A stretch of 64,000 nucleotides of DNA from an uncultured Verrucomicrobiae bacterium (GTDB taxonomy: Bacteria; Verrucomicrobiota; Verrucomicrobiia; Limisphaerales; Palsa-1400), in NCBI GenBank assembly GCA_963764165.1, contig CAVXRD010000003.1:576001-640000 (forward strand), read 5' to 3'. A program made the translations under genes and the position numbers. Below, piece by piece: positions 1-9,806 of this stretch. Below the pieces are notes generated by a model. That model did not search any database. It saw only the letters and a list, made by a program, of their open reading frames with translations, and was not told the origin of the DNA. The stretch's first letter is position 1. The number at the start of each line of letters is the position of its first letter.

Positions 1-1251
1 CTCGCGGCCGATGGGCGTGATGTCGGGCCCGTCGTCTTTCCCGGCAGGCCGCAGCGCGCCAAGGATTCGCAAGAGTTTTTCGGCCCGTTCGACTGCCTGC
101 GGATCGGGCCGATCCAGCCAATCGAATCGCGCGGCGTCCTTGATGCCGAACGAGTGAAGGAGCAGCACAACTTCCGCCAAATCCGTGCGCTGGATTTCGG
201 GAGTGTTGCGCTCGGGGCGATTCAAATGCCCGCTTTCTGTCCAAAGCCGGTGACAAACGCCAGGCGCGGTGCGCCCCGCCCGGCCGGCGCGTTGGTCGGC
301 GGAGGCGCGGCTTATGGGTTCGATGAACAAAGTGCCGATGCCGCGCTCGGCGTCATACCGCGCCACCCGCGCCACGCCGCTGTCAACAACATGAATAATT
401 CCGTCAATGGTGACGGAGGTTTCCGCCACGTTGGTGGCCACGACCACTTTGCGAAGGCGGCTGGATGCAAATGCGAGATCCTGTTCTTCCGGCGGCAATT
501 CGCCGTGCAACGGAATCAAAGCCAACGGCTCGCGCATCCCCGCGGCCCGGCACGCGCCAAGGGTCGAATTGATTTCACCCATGCCCGGCATGAAAACGAG
601 AATGTCGCCGGGATCGCCGGCATTTACAATGTTTGCCACGATATCCGCCGCTTGATCTGAAAGCGGTCGCTCGTCGAGCAGGCTCAGATGCCTGATCTCG
701 ACCGGATATGTTTTGCCTTCGGAGACCAGCACCGGGCAATCGCCTAAATACTTCGCCACCGGCTCGGCGTCCAAAGTGGCTGACATGACGACGATTCGCA
801 GATCGGGCCGACGCGTTTGCTGCAAATTCTTGACAAGCGCAAGCGCGACGTCGCTCAGAAGATTGCGCTCATGAAATTCGTCGAAGAGTATCGCGCTGAT
901 GCCGGGCAGCGCGGCCTCGTCCTGCAGCCACCGCAGCAGAATCCCTTCAGTGACGAAACAAACGCGCGTGCCAAGGCTTGTCCGATCTTCAAAGCGGATC
1001 TGATAGCCCACTTCTCCGCCAAGCTGGACCTTGCGCTCCCACGCCACCCGCGCGGCCACAGTGCGAGCCGCAACGCGGCGAGGCTGCAGCACAACAATGC
1101 GCCCCTCGCACATCCCGCTGTCAAGCAACATTTGAGGAACCTGGGTGGTTTTGCCGGAACCTGTTGGGGCCACCAGCACGAGGCGATTCCCATCGCGGAG
1201 CGTGTTGATAATCGGGCCGTGAATCTGCCAGATCGGAAGGGACGTTTGCAC
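1..1251 (-). CDS. hrpB: ATP-dependent DEAH-box helicase HrpB, 5' part (runs off the window start)
   Basis: Absent from the ORF track; manual minus-strand translation from GTG at 1251 gives VQTSLPIWQIH...LVAPTGSGKTTQVPQ (Walker A), FDEFH (motif II) and VVMSAT (motif III). The frame ends exactly at position 1. Confidence 0.9.
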   Translation of the reverse strand, partial: MQTSLPIWQIHGPIINTLRDGNRLVLVAPTGSGKTTQVPQMLLDSGMCEGRIVVLQPRRVAARTVAARVAWERKVQLGGEVGYQIRFEDRTSLGTRVCFVTEGILLRWLQDEAALPGISAILFDEFHERNLLSDVALALVKNLQQTRRPDLRIVVMSATLDAEPVAKYLGDCPVLVSEGKTYPVEIRHLSLLDERPLSDQAADIVANIVNAGDPGDILVFMPGMGEINSTLGACRAAGMREPLALIPLHGELPPEEQDLAFASSRLRKVVVATNVAETSVTIDGIIHVVDSGVARVARYDAERGIGTLFIEPISRASADQRAGRAGRTAPGVCHRLWTESGHLNRPERNTPEIQRTDLAEVVLLLHSFGIKDAARFDWLDRPDPQAVERAEKLLRILGALRPAGKDDGPDITPIGRE

Positions 1252-1274
1252 GGAGAACGAAGGCGAAGCGCCGA

Positions 1275-1571
1275 TTATTTCAGGAACAGCAGCGCCGCCA
1301 ATGTTCCGGCCGAGAGAATCAGCATCAGCCCGGACGGCATGAATTTCTTCCCCTTGGCAAATCGCATTCCGAAGACCAGCAACAGGCAGCCCACCAGAAT
1401 ATCCGCCACATAAAATGGATGGATGATGCCCGTCGCGCACAGCGCGAGCGCCGCGGCGAAAACCGAGGAGACAATGAGTGAAATCTTGCTCCCGGCCTTG
1501 ATGAAACCCATCAGTCCGCCCGCCAAAAGCAGCACGATATAAACCCACAATACAATAATATTGGATGGCAT
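1275..1571 (-). CDS. TMEM14-family small membrane protein
   Basis: Hydrophobic ~98 aa protein with GGLMGFIKAGSKISL and KKFMPSGL motifs typical of TMEM14; start taken at MPSNII. Confidence 0.8.
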   Translation of the reverse strand: MPSNIIVLWVYIVLLLAGGLMGFIKAGSKISLIVSSVFAAALALCATGIIHPFYVADILVGCLLLVFGMRFAKGKKFMPSGLMLILSAGTLAALLFLK

Positions 1572-1687
1572 AGCCTCCGCCAGCGTATCCCGCCAGCGCA
1601 GGCCAAGTCCAGTATAACCAATAGCGCCGTTTGGAATCGCCGCCCTCGCCGACATTCGCTATCCTTGACGAAAACGAGAGGAACACT

Positions 1688-2029
1688 ATGACAACTTCAC
1701 AATTGGTATTTGTAGGCATCAAAGGCTCCGTGATTGCGCTCCATGCCCAAACCGGCCAGCAGGCGTGGGGAGTCCATTTGAGCGGGGCGAATTTCGTAAA
1801 CGTCCAGGTGTTGGAGGGCAAGGTCATCGCGGCCTGCAACGGCGAGATTTTTTGCCTCGATGCCGCGACCGGCAGAACCGTCTGGCAAAATGGTCTGAAA
1901 GGTTTTGGTTTCGGCCTGGCCACTCTTGCGGCCGAACCGCATTGCGGAAGCGCCCCGCAAGCCACCGCGGCGGAAAAAGTGTTTGAAGACCAGCGGGCAG
2001 CCGCGGCCGCCGCAGCCACCACCGCCTGA
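1688..2029 (+). CDS. Small PQQ-binding-like beta-propeller repeat protein
   Basis: Two repeats (VIALHAQTGQQAW; IFCLDAATGRTVW); GAGG upstream of ATG 1688. Confidence 0.7.
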   Translation: MTTSQLVFVGIKGSVIALHAQTGQQAWGVHLSGANFVNVQVLEGKVIAACNGEIFCLDAATGRTVWQNGLKGFGFGLATLAAEPHCGSAPQATAAEKVFEDQRAAAAAAATTA

Positions 2030-2095
2030 CACCCAACCCGCCTCGACGGCGTGGATTTTTCCAGATTATCCAAATATAGTTCGTCCAACTGTAGT

Positions 2096-2125
2096 TTGAC
2101 AAAGTATAATTGGATGATGTAAGAT
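2096..2125 (+). promoter_or_regulatory. Sigma70-like promoter of the ATPase-DUF234 gene
   Basis: TTGACA (2096-2101), 18-nt spacer, TAAGAT (2120-2125); ATG at 2134. Confidence 0.5.
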
Positions 2126-2133
2126 GCCGGGAA

Positions 2134-3528
2134 ATGAGCAAGTGGAACTTCATCGGACGCGAGCGGGAATTGGGCGAACTGGACAAGCAATACCTGTCGT
2201 CCGAATCCAATCTTGTGCCTATCTATGGGAGGCGCCGGGTTGGGAAAAGCGAGCTTATCATCCATTTTAAGGGCGACCGGCCCGGCATATATTTTGTCGG
2301 CAAACAAGCACCCTCCGCCCTTCAGATTCAGGAATTTCTGCTCACCGCATCGCGCGCTATTGGGCAGCCCTTGCTGGCCAAGGCCCAAATCTCCGACTGG
2401 CGCACGGCTCTCTCGGAAACTGTCCGCGCCTGGACCAAGCCGCAGAAGCTCATCCTCGCCCTCGACGGATTCCAATGGATCGTGGAAGAGGAGAAAAGTC
2501 TTCCCTCCATTGTGCAGGAACTTTGGGATCGCGAATGGCAGCACACCGGGAAAGTCATGCTGATCCTCGCGGGGTCCTATGTGGGATTCATGGAGCGCGA
2601 AGTTCTCGGCAGCCGGAAACCGCTTGGCGGCCGCCGCACATCGCAAATTCAATTGCAGCCATTCAGGTTCCAGGAGGCGGCCCGCTTCCATCCCGGCTAT
2701 TCCCGCGACGATCAGGCCCGGGCTTATTTCATGACCGGCGGCGTCCCGCTGTATCTGCTCGCCTTCAAGGACAACGTTTCCGTGGCGCAAAATATCTGCC
2801 AGACGTTTTTGAACGATTTCTCTCCGCTCTCCCGCGAACCGGAGTTTCTGCTGCGCGAAGAATTGCGGGGACTCGACAAATTCCAGGCCGTCCTCGATGT
2901 TCTTTCGTCCGGGCGGCATGCGCTCAAAGACATCGCCGCCTCCATCGGCGTTGACGCGCGTTCCATCACTTACCAACTCGATACGCTCTCCTCGCTCGGT
3001 TACGTCGGGCGCGAATTCCCGCTGACGACGCACAAGCCTTCGGCCAAGGACGTCCGTTACTGCTTGAAGGATCCGTTTCTGCGCTTTTGGTACCGCTTCA
3101 TTTTTCCCAACTTGAGCCGCATTCGTGAAAATCCGCAGGCGGCTTACCATGATCAAATTGCCGGCAATCTGGATTCGTATTTTGGCTCGTGCTTTGAGCG
3201 GTTGTGCCGCGAAGCGCTATCGCAACATTATGTCCGCGAGATGCCCAGCGTTTCCTTTCAGATTGGCGAGTATTGGAAAAACAAGGAATTCCAAATCGAC
3301 GTGGTCGGAGTGCGGTCGGACAACTGGATTGATCTGGGCGAATGCAAGTGGGGCGCGGTGACTTCCGCAACTTCGCTCGTCGCGGAACTGGAGGCCAAAA
3401 TCAAACAATACCCGAATCCCGGAAACGCGAGCATCGGCAGGATGATCTTCACGCGGCGCCCTCTTCGGACTGCGCCGAACGGCATTAAAGCTTTTTCGCT
3501 GGAGGATCTGCACAAATTGGCCGTCTGA
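2134..3528 (+). CDS. Archaeal-type AAA ATPase with wHTH and C-terminal DUF234 PD-(D/E)xK nuclease-like domain
   Basis: FIGREREL, Walker A YGRRRVGKS, GRRT, DPFLRFW, and C-terminal QIDVVG...GECKW. Confidence 0.85.
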   Translation: MSKWNFIGRERELGELDKQYLSSESNLVPIYGRRRVGKSELIIHFKGDRPGIYFVGKQAPSALQIQEFLLTASRAIGQPLLAKAQISDWRTALSETVRAWTKPQKLILALDGFQWIVEEEKSLPSIVQELWDREWQHTGKVMLILAGSYVGFMEREVLGSRKPLGGRRTSQIQLQPFRFQEAARFHPGYSRDDQARAYFMTGGVPLYLLAFKDNVSVAQNICQTFLNDFSPLSREPEFLLREELRGLDKFQAVLDVLSSGRHALKDIAASIGVDARSITYQLDTLSSLGYVGREFPLTTHKPSAKDVRYCLKDPFLRFWYRFIFPNLSRIRENPQAAYHDQIAGNLDSYFGSCFERLCREALSQHYVREMPSVSFQIGEYWKNKEFQIDVVGVRSDNWIDLGECKWGAVTSATSLVAELEAKIKQYPNPGNASIGRMIFTRRPLRTAPNGIKAFSLEDLHKLAV

Positions 3529-3531
3529 ATG

Positions 3532-4053
3532 CTAAAGCTCGTTTGGCTCGGCGGGAGTTGGCAGGATTAACTGATAAAGCACCACGTCAAGCCAGCGGCC
3601 AAACTTAAAACCCGACTGGCGAATCGTCCCTGAGCAAGTAAAGCCGAGCGCCTCGTGCAGATGAATGCTGACGGCGTTGGCACTGTCAATAACACCGATT
3701 ATGACGTGGTAATTCTGCGCCCCGGCGGCGGTGATGATCTCCTTCAGCAGAATCTTGCCCAGTCCCTTGCCACGAAAGCGTGTGTCAACATAAACAGAAT
3801 GCTCGACCGTATATTTATAGCCCGGAAAAGCGCGAAAGGTTCCGTAAGTGGAAAAGCCCATCAATTCCCCTGAATCGCTCTCGGCGCCAAAGACCGGGTA
3901 TTTCCCCTTCGCCTTGTTTTCAAACCACGCTGCCATCATTTCCTTTGTCCGCGGCTTGTAGTCGTAGAGCGCGGTGGAATGGACGATGGCTTCGTTGAAA
4001 ATCGCAAGGATCGCTTCGCCGTGCTTTTCGTAATTGCATCGAACGATGTGCAT
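3532..4053 (-). CDS. GNAT N-acetyltransferase, phosphinothricin/methionine-sulfoximine type (YncA/MddA-like)
   Basis: YTVEHSVYV, RGKGLG and GFKFGRWLD motifs. Confidence 0.9.
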   Translation of the reverse strand: MHIVRCNYEKHGEAILAIFNEAIVHSTALYDYKPRTKEMMAAWFENKAKGKYPVFGAESDSGELMGFSTYGTFRAFPGYKYTVEHSVYVDTRFRGKGLGKILLKEIITAAGAQNYHVIIGVIDSANAVSIHLHEALGFTCSGTIRQSGFKFGRWLDVVLYQLILPTPAEPNEL

Positions 4054-4059
4054 GTCGGG

Positions 4060-5481
4060 TTACTTTTTGGGCGGATTCTCAGGCCAACCGCCCGCGAGAG
4101 ATTTGTAAACGGCAATCAGCGCGGTCGCGGTTTGCGTCTCTGTTTGCGCCAATTGATCCTGCGCTTGCAGCAGCACCCGTTCGGAATCCAATACAGTTAG
4201 AAAATCCGTCGCGCCGTTTTCATACTGGGTGCGCGCGAGGTCGGAGGCGGACTGGCTTGCCTTGACCGATTCCGTCAAATAACCCAGGCGCGCGCGGGCG
4301 CGCCCGAAATCCACCAGCGCGTTCTCGGTTTCCTCAAGGCTTGTCAATACTGTTTTCTGGTATTGCGCGAGTTGCGCTTCGGCCACCGCGCCAGCCGCCT
4401 TGACGCGCGCGCGCACATGCGCGTAATCGAACGCCGCCCACGTCAGGGAAGGGCCGAACGAATGCGTGTCGGCTCCGGGGCGCACAAGGCCGGCAAACGA
4501 TTCGGCTTCCACGCCGATGGTTCCGTTGAATGTCACGCGTGGAAACAGATCGGCCACCGCAACTCCAATCTGCGCACTCGCGGAGGCAAGATTGCGCTCC
4601 GCTGCGCGAACGTCCGGGCGGCGGCGCAGCAGGTCAGCCGGATTGCCGATGGCGACCATCGCGGGCAACGCGGGAATCGGATGCGGCGTCGCCAATTCAG
4701 GTTCGAGCGCTTCCGGCTGCTGGCCCGTCAACACGCCCAGGCGATGCGTGGCGTGCGAAATGGTGGATTCGACGGGAGCGATCTGAGCAAGTGTCGTGTT
4801 CAATTCAGCGCGGGCGCGGGCGACATCCAATTCTGTGCCGCCGCCGGCTTCGAGGCGGGCCTGGGTGATCTTGAGCGTTTGGGTTTGATTCTCCGCATTC
4901 TTGCGGAGCACGGCCAATTCATTTTGCGAGCCGCGCAATTCAAAATAATTCCGCGCCAGTTCGCCCGCCAAACTCACTTGCACGTCGCGGCGGTTCGCCT
5001 CAAGGGCTTGCATCGAAGCCGTGCTGGATTGATAAGCTCGCCGGAGCCGGCCGAAAATATCCAATTCCCACGTTGCGTCGAAACCAGCGCTGTAAAGCTC
5101 CTGTTGCAGGGGGGCATTTGGAATATTGAAGACCTGCGCCTCGCTGTATTTTTCGTTGGTGTAACTGGCGACGCCGGTTCCCACCGGAAAAAAATCGGCC
5201 TTCGCGCCCATCCGCAGCGCGCGGGCTTGCATGAGATTGGCGGTGGCGATGCGCAAATCGAAATTGCTCGCCATCGCGCGTTCCATGAGACGGGTCAAAT
5301 CGGAATCGCCAAAAGTCCGCCACCACTGGGCGACGGGTTCGTTGGTCGAATACTCCGATGACGCGCCGGAAAAATTTGTCGGGGCGGTCGTTGGCGGCGA
5401 TTTGTAATCCGGCCCCACCGAGCAGCCAACCAGCGCCGCCGCAGCCATCAGACAACCCGCGATGAAATGGGGGATTCTCAT
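4060..5481 (-). CDS. RND efflux outer-membrane lipoprotein (NodT/OprM/OprN family)
   Basis: Lipobox LVGC-SVGPDY, WELDIFG, LLRRRPDV, YKSLAGGW. Confidence 0.95.
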   Translation of the reverse strand: MRIPHFIAGCLMAAAALVGCSVGPDYKSPPTTAPTNFSGASSEYSTNEPVAQWWRTFGDSDLTRLMERAMASNFDLRIATANLMQARALRMGAKADFFPVGTGVASYTNEKYSEAQVFNIPNAPLQQELYSAGFDATWELDIFGRLRRAYQSSTASMQALEANRRDVQVSLAGELARNYFELRGSQNELAVLRKNAENQTQTLKITQARLEAGGGTELDVARARAELNTTLAQIAPVESTISHATHRLGVLTGQQPEALEPELATPHPIPALPAMVAIGNPADLLRRRPDVRAAERNLASASAQIGVAVADLFPRVTFNGTIGVEAESFAGLVRPGADTHSFGPSLTWAAFDYAHVRARVKAAGAVAEAQLAQYQKTVLTSLEETENALVDFGRARARLGYLTESVKASQSASDLARTQYENGATDFLTVLDSERVLLQAQDQLAQTETQTATALIAVYKSLAGGWPENPPKK

Positions 5482-8400
5482 GTTTTCCTCCGCTCCGTCA
5501 GAAAGCGGATGACATTGTAAAAAACGGGCGTCAGGAAGATTCCAAAAAACGTCACGCCCAGCATGCCGCTGAACACCGCCGTGCCCAGCACCCGGCGCAT
5601 TTCGCCGCCCGCGCCCTTGGCCAGCACCAGCGGCACCACGCCGAAAATGAATGCGAAGGACGTCATTAAAATCGGGCGCAAGCGCAGCCGGCTCGCTTCC
5701 ACGGCCGCTTCCTTGCGGCCCATTCCGGCGTCTTGTTGCTGCTTGGCGAATTCGACGATGAGGATGGCGTTTTTACAGGCCAGCCCCACCAGCACCACGA
5801 ACCCGATTTGCGTGAAGATGTTATTATCCATTCCGCGAATCCAGACGCCGAGAATCGCGAAGAGCAGGCACATCGGCACAATCAGGATGATCGCCAGCGG
5901 CAGCGACCAGCTCTCGTAAAGAGCGGCCAGCGTCAAGAATACAAACAGGACGCACAACGGGAAAATGTAATGCGATGTATTGCCCTCAAGGATTTCCTGG
6001 AGCGTCAATTCCGTCCATTCGAAACCCATGCTGGAGGGCAATTTTTGCTGCACCGTTTTTTCCATCGTCGCGATGGCTTCGCTGGAACTGACGCCCGGTG
6101 AGCCGCTGCCGGTGATTTCCGCGGCGGGATACATATCATAGCGCACAATGTGGTCAGGGCCGGTGACGCTGCGCACTTTGACCAGCGTGCCGAGCGGCAC
6201 CATCTGGCCCTGGCTGTTGCGAGTCTTGAAGTTCAAGATGTCCTCCGGTTCGCGCCGAAACGGCGCATCGGCCTGGGCGGTGACGTGATACGTGCGGCCA
6301 AACAAATTCAAATCGTTGACGTAGAGAGAGCCGAGATAAACCTGAAGCGTGTCGAATAAATCCGTCAGAGGAACACCCATTGATTTTGCCTTGAGCCGGT
6401 CGACATCGAGATAAAGCTGCGGCGTGCTGGCGCGGAACGTTGGGTAGGAAACCTGCACTTTTCCGGTCTTGTTCGCCTCCACCATCAACTGCATGGCCGC
6501 GCCTTGCAATGCCTGCAAGCCCGCGCCGCCGCGATCCTGCAATTCCATTTTGAAACCGCCGACCACACCCATGCCATTCACAGGCGGCGGAGGGAAAACG
6601 CCGACAAATCCTTCGGAAATTCCCGCCAGCTTCTGCCGCAAATTCCCCAGAACGACATCGCCCGTGAGACCCTTCGGAGTGCGCTCTTCGAAGTCGTCAA
6701 GGATAACGAAAACGGTGCCCGAATTCGGACTTGCGCTCAGGCTGATGACGGAAAGCCCCGCCAAATCGATGGACGCTTTGACGCCGGGCGTTTCGCTGCA
6801 AATTTTGCCGATGCGATCCACCACCGCGTCGGTGCGTTCGAGAGACGCCGAGTCGGGCAATTGCACAGCGATGGCAAGATAGCCCTTGTCCTGCGGCGGA
6901 ATGAAGCCGGTCGGCACGCGCTGGAAGCTGAACCACGTCAATCCGATCAATCCGAAGTAAACGATGACGACGAGGGCGCTGACACCAATCAACCGGCGGA
7001 CGGCGTTGCTGTAAGCGGTCGTGCAGCGTCCGAAAGCCGTGTTGAACCCATTAAAAAACCAACCGGCCGAACTGTTCAACACGCGGCTGAAAATGTCGGT
7101 TCGATGGCCGTGCGGCTGGAGCAGAATCGCGCAAAGCGCCGGGCTTAAGGTCAGCGAGTTGAACGCTGAAATCAGCGTCGAGAATGCAATCGTCAACGCG
7201 AATTGGCGATAGAACTGCCCCGAGACACCCGTGATAAATGCGGTCGGCACAAACACCGCTGCCAGCACCAGCGCCACCGCCACAACCGCGCCGCTGACTT
7301 CGTCCATCGCCTTGGCCGTCGCATCGCGCGGCGAGAGGCCGAGGCCCATGTTGCGCTCGACGTTCTCGACTACGACAATCGCGTCGTCGACCACGATGCC
7401 GATGGCCAGAACCAGGCCGAAAAGCGAGAGGTTGTTGATCGAGAAGCCCATCACCGCCATCGCGCCGAACGTTCCGATCAATGACACCGGCACGGCGAGC
7501 AGAGGGATCAGCGAGGCCCTCCACGTTTGCAGGAAGACGACGACAACCAAGACGACCAGCAGCATCGCTTCAATGAGCGTATGCACCACGGCGCGAATCG
7601 ATTCGCGGGTGAAGCCGGTAGTGTCAAATACAATTTTGTAATCCAGCCCCGGCGGGAAGCGTTTCTTCAATTCCTTCATCGCCGCATGGACGGCGTCGGA
7701 GGTTTCGATGGAATTGGAGCCGGGCAATTGGAAAATCGCGACCGCGGCGGTCGGGCGGCCATCGAGCTTGGTGTTCATGCTGTAATCCAGCGCGGCCAGC
7801 TCCACCCGGGCCACATCGCGCACCCGCGTCACCTGGCCGTCGGCGCCGTTCTTGATCGCCATGTCGGCAAACTGTTTTTCGTCCGTCAAACGTCCCTGGG
7901 TATTGACGATGTATTGGAAATCGACGCCCTTGCCCACCGGCGGCTGGCCGATCTGCCCGGCGGCGACCTGCACGTTTTGCTCGCGTATGGCGGTGATGAC
8001 GTCATCGGCAGTCAGATTGCGCGCGGCAATTTTCTCCGGGTCGAGCCAGATGCGCATCGAATAATCGCGCGCGCCGAAAATGATGATGCTGCCCACACCC
8101 GGCAAACGCGCCAGCGCATCCTTCACTTGCAGATAGCCATAATTGCTGACGTAAACCTGGTCGTAACGCCCGTCCGGAGAAAACAGGTTCACAACCAATG
8201 TAATGTCCGGCGAACTCTTCGCAGTGGTCACGCCGAGGCGGCGGGCCTCCTCCGGCAAGCGCGCTTCCGCAACGGCCACGCGGTTTTCCACCAGCACCTG
8301 CGCTTTGTCCAGGTCGGTGCCGATTTTGAACGTCACTGTCAATTGCATGGTGCCGTCGCTCGCGCATTGGGCGGACATGTAAAGCATGTCCTCCACGCCG

Positions 8401-8615
8401 TTGACTTCTTCTTCAATCGGCGTGGCAACAGTATCGGCGATGACCTGGGGATTCGCGCCGGGATAGGATGCTTTTACCACAACCGTCGGCGGCACGACGG
8501 GAGGATATTCCGCCACTGGCAACTTCAGAAGCGCCAGCCCGCCCGCGATCAAAATGACAATCGACAGCACCGAGGCAAAAATCGGGCGGCCGATAAAGAA
8601 GTGGGAGAATTTCAT
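5478..8615 (-). CDS. RND efflux permease, HAE1 family (MexF/OqxB-like)
   Basis: 1045 aa; GIVVDDAIVVVENVER, KNAILIVEFA, RLRPILMTS. Confidence 0.95.
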   Translation of the reverse strand: MKFSHFFIGRPIFASVLSIVILIAGGLALLKLPVAEYPPVVPPTVVVKASYPGANPQVIADTVATPIEEEVNGVEDMLYMSAQCASDGTMQLTVTFKIGTDLDKAQVLVENRVAVAEARLPEEARRLGVTTAKSSPDITLVVNLFSPDGRYDQVYVSNYGYLQVKDALARLPGVGSIIIFGARDYSMRIWLDPEKIAARNLTADDVITAIREQNVQVAAGQIGQPPVGKGVDFQYIVNTQGRLTDEKQFADMAIKNGADGQVTRVRDVARVELAALDYSMNTKLDGRPTAAVAIFQLPGSNSIETSDAVHAAMKELKKRFPPGLDYKIVFDTTGFTRESIRAVVHTLIEAMLLVVLVVVVFLQTWRASLIPLLAVPVSLIGTFGAMAVMGFSINNLSLFGLVLAIGIVVDDAIVVVENVERNMGLGLSPRDATAKAMDEVSGAVVAVALVLAAVFVPTAFITGVSGQFYRQFALTIAFSTLISAFNSLTLSPALCAILLQPHGHRTDIFSRVLNSSAGWFFNGFNTAFGRCTTAYSNAVRRLIGVSALVVIVYFGLIGLTWFSFQRVPTGFIPPQDKGYLAIAVQLPDSASLERTDAVVDRIGKICSETPGVKASIDLAGLSVISLSASPNSGTVFVILDDFEERTPKGLTGDVVLGNLRQKLAGISEGFVGVFPPPPVNGMGVVGGFKMELQDRGGAGLQALQGAAMQLMVEANKTGKVQVSYPTFRASTPQLYLDVDRLKAKSMGVPLTDLFDTLQVYLGSLYVNDLNLFGRTYHVTAQADAPFRREPEDILNFKTRNSQGQMVPLGTLVKVRSVTGPDHIVRYDMYPAAEITGSGSPGVSSSEAIATMEKTVQQKLPSSMGFEWTELTLQEILEGNTSHYIFPLCVLFVFLTLAALYESWSLPLAIILIVPMCLLFAILGVWIRGMDNNIFTQIGFVVLVGLACKNAILIVEFAKQQQDAGMGRKEAAVEASRLRLRPILMTSFAFIFGVVPLVLAKGAGGEMRRVLGTAVFSGMLGVTFFGIFLTPVFYNVIRFLTERRKT

Positions 8616-8625
8616 CGCGCCTCGC

Positions 8626-9792
8626 TTATTGCGTCACAGCAACGGGGGCCGCGTTGGTGGGATTGGGGATGATTTTGGAGCCGGGCCGGACGGCCATCAA
8701 CCCGTCGATGATAATCCAATCATTCGTCTGCAATCCTCCCAGCACCTCCCTCATTCCGTCGATGATCGGGCCAAGTTTCACGGGGGCGTATTGGACGGTG
8801 TTCGACGAGCTTGTTGTCAATACGAATTTTTGATCCTGGTCGGAGCCGACAGCGAGATCGGGAATCAACAGCGCCTGATGCGCCTCCGATCCCGGCACGC
8901 GGACGCGCGCAAAAAATCCGGGTTGCAGGACGCGGTCGGGATTCGAGAACTTCCCACGCACGCGCATGGTGCCGGTGTTTGGGTCAACCTGGTTGTCAAC
9001 AAAATCGAGCACGCCCTTGTGCGGGAAGCCGGTTTCGTTGGCCAATTCGATTTCGACGGGCCATTTGCCGCCGCCAAAATTTCCGTGCTCGCCATGGCGC
9101 GAAAGATCGGCGTATTTCAGGATGGATCGTTCGTCGGCGTCGAAGCGGCAGTAAATCGGGTCCTGCGCCACAATGGTGGCCAGCAGCGAGGATTCCCCTG
9201 CTCCGCCATTGACGAGATTGCCCTCGGTCATCATTTTGCGGCCGATGCGACCGTCGATGGGCGCGCGAATCTCGGTATATTCCATGTTCAATTTCGACAT
9301 CTCGACGGCGGCCAACGCTGATTGAATGCCGGCGCTGGCGGTGCGCTCCGCCTTGGAGCGCGAATCGGCGTCTTCCTCCGAGATGGCGCGGGCTTTAAGC
9401 AGGCGGCTGGCGCGGGCAAGGTCGTTGCTGGCCAATTCGTATTTCGTCTGCGCTTGCAACAGGTCCGCGTTGGCGCGGTCGAGGTCAGCCTTGTAGGGGC
9501 GCGGGTCAATGACAAAAAGCAGATCGCCTTTTTTGACTTCCGCGCCGTCCTTGAAATGAATGGATTGCAGGTAGCCATTGACCCGGGCGCGAATGGCGAC
9601 GGTGTCGACCGCTTCGACCCAGCCCTGGTATTCGTCCCATTCCGTGACCTCTTTTGCGATGGGATGCACGACGGCGACCGGCATGGGCGGCATCTCGGGC
9701 GGGCCGCCAGCGGACAGGTTGTTTTGCTTTCGATCACAACCAGCGACCATCAGCAATAGAAGACCTGCCCACAAAATCCATTTCACCTTCAT
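8626..9792 (-). CDS. RND efflux periplasmic adaptor (MFP)
   Basis: Lipoprotein signal VAGC; RARVNGYL, IRAPIDGRIG, VDPNTGT; first structural gene of the operon. Confidence 0.95.
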   Translation of the reverse strand: MKVKWILWAGLLLLMVAGCDRKQNNLSAGGPPEMPPMPVAVVHPIAKEVTEWDEYQGWVEAVDTVAIRARVNGYLQSIHFKDGAEVKKGDLLFVIDPRPYKADLDRANADLLQAQTKYELASNDLARASRLLKARAISEEDADSRSKAERTASAGIQSALAAVEMSKLNMEYTEIRAPIDGRIGRKMMTEGNLVNGGAGESSLLATIVAQDPIYCRFDADERSILKYADLSRHGEHGNFGGGKWPVEIELANETGFPHKGVLDFVDNQVDPNTGTMRVRGKFSNPDRVLQPGFFARVRVPGSEAHQALLIPDLAVGSDQDQKFVLTTSSSNTVQYAPVKLGPIIDGMREVLGGLQTNDWIIIDGLMAVRPGSKIIPNPTNAAPVAVTQ

Positions 9793-9806
9793 AAAATTAT
9801 TCAGAA

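Noticed and set aside
154..1413. Plus-strand ORFs 154-660 and 817-1413
   Set aside because: Antisense shadows of hrpB, which shows clear helicase motifs on the minus strand.
4363..9759. Long plus-strand ORFs opposite the efflux operon (and similar ones opposite cta, fusA and rpl genes)
   Set aside because: Typical high-GC antisense frames with no recognisable motifs.
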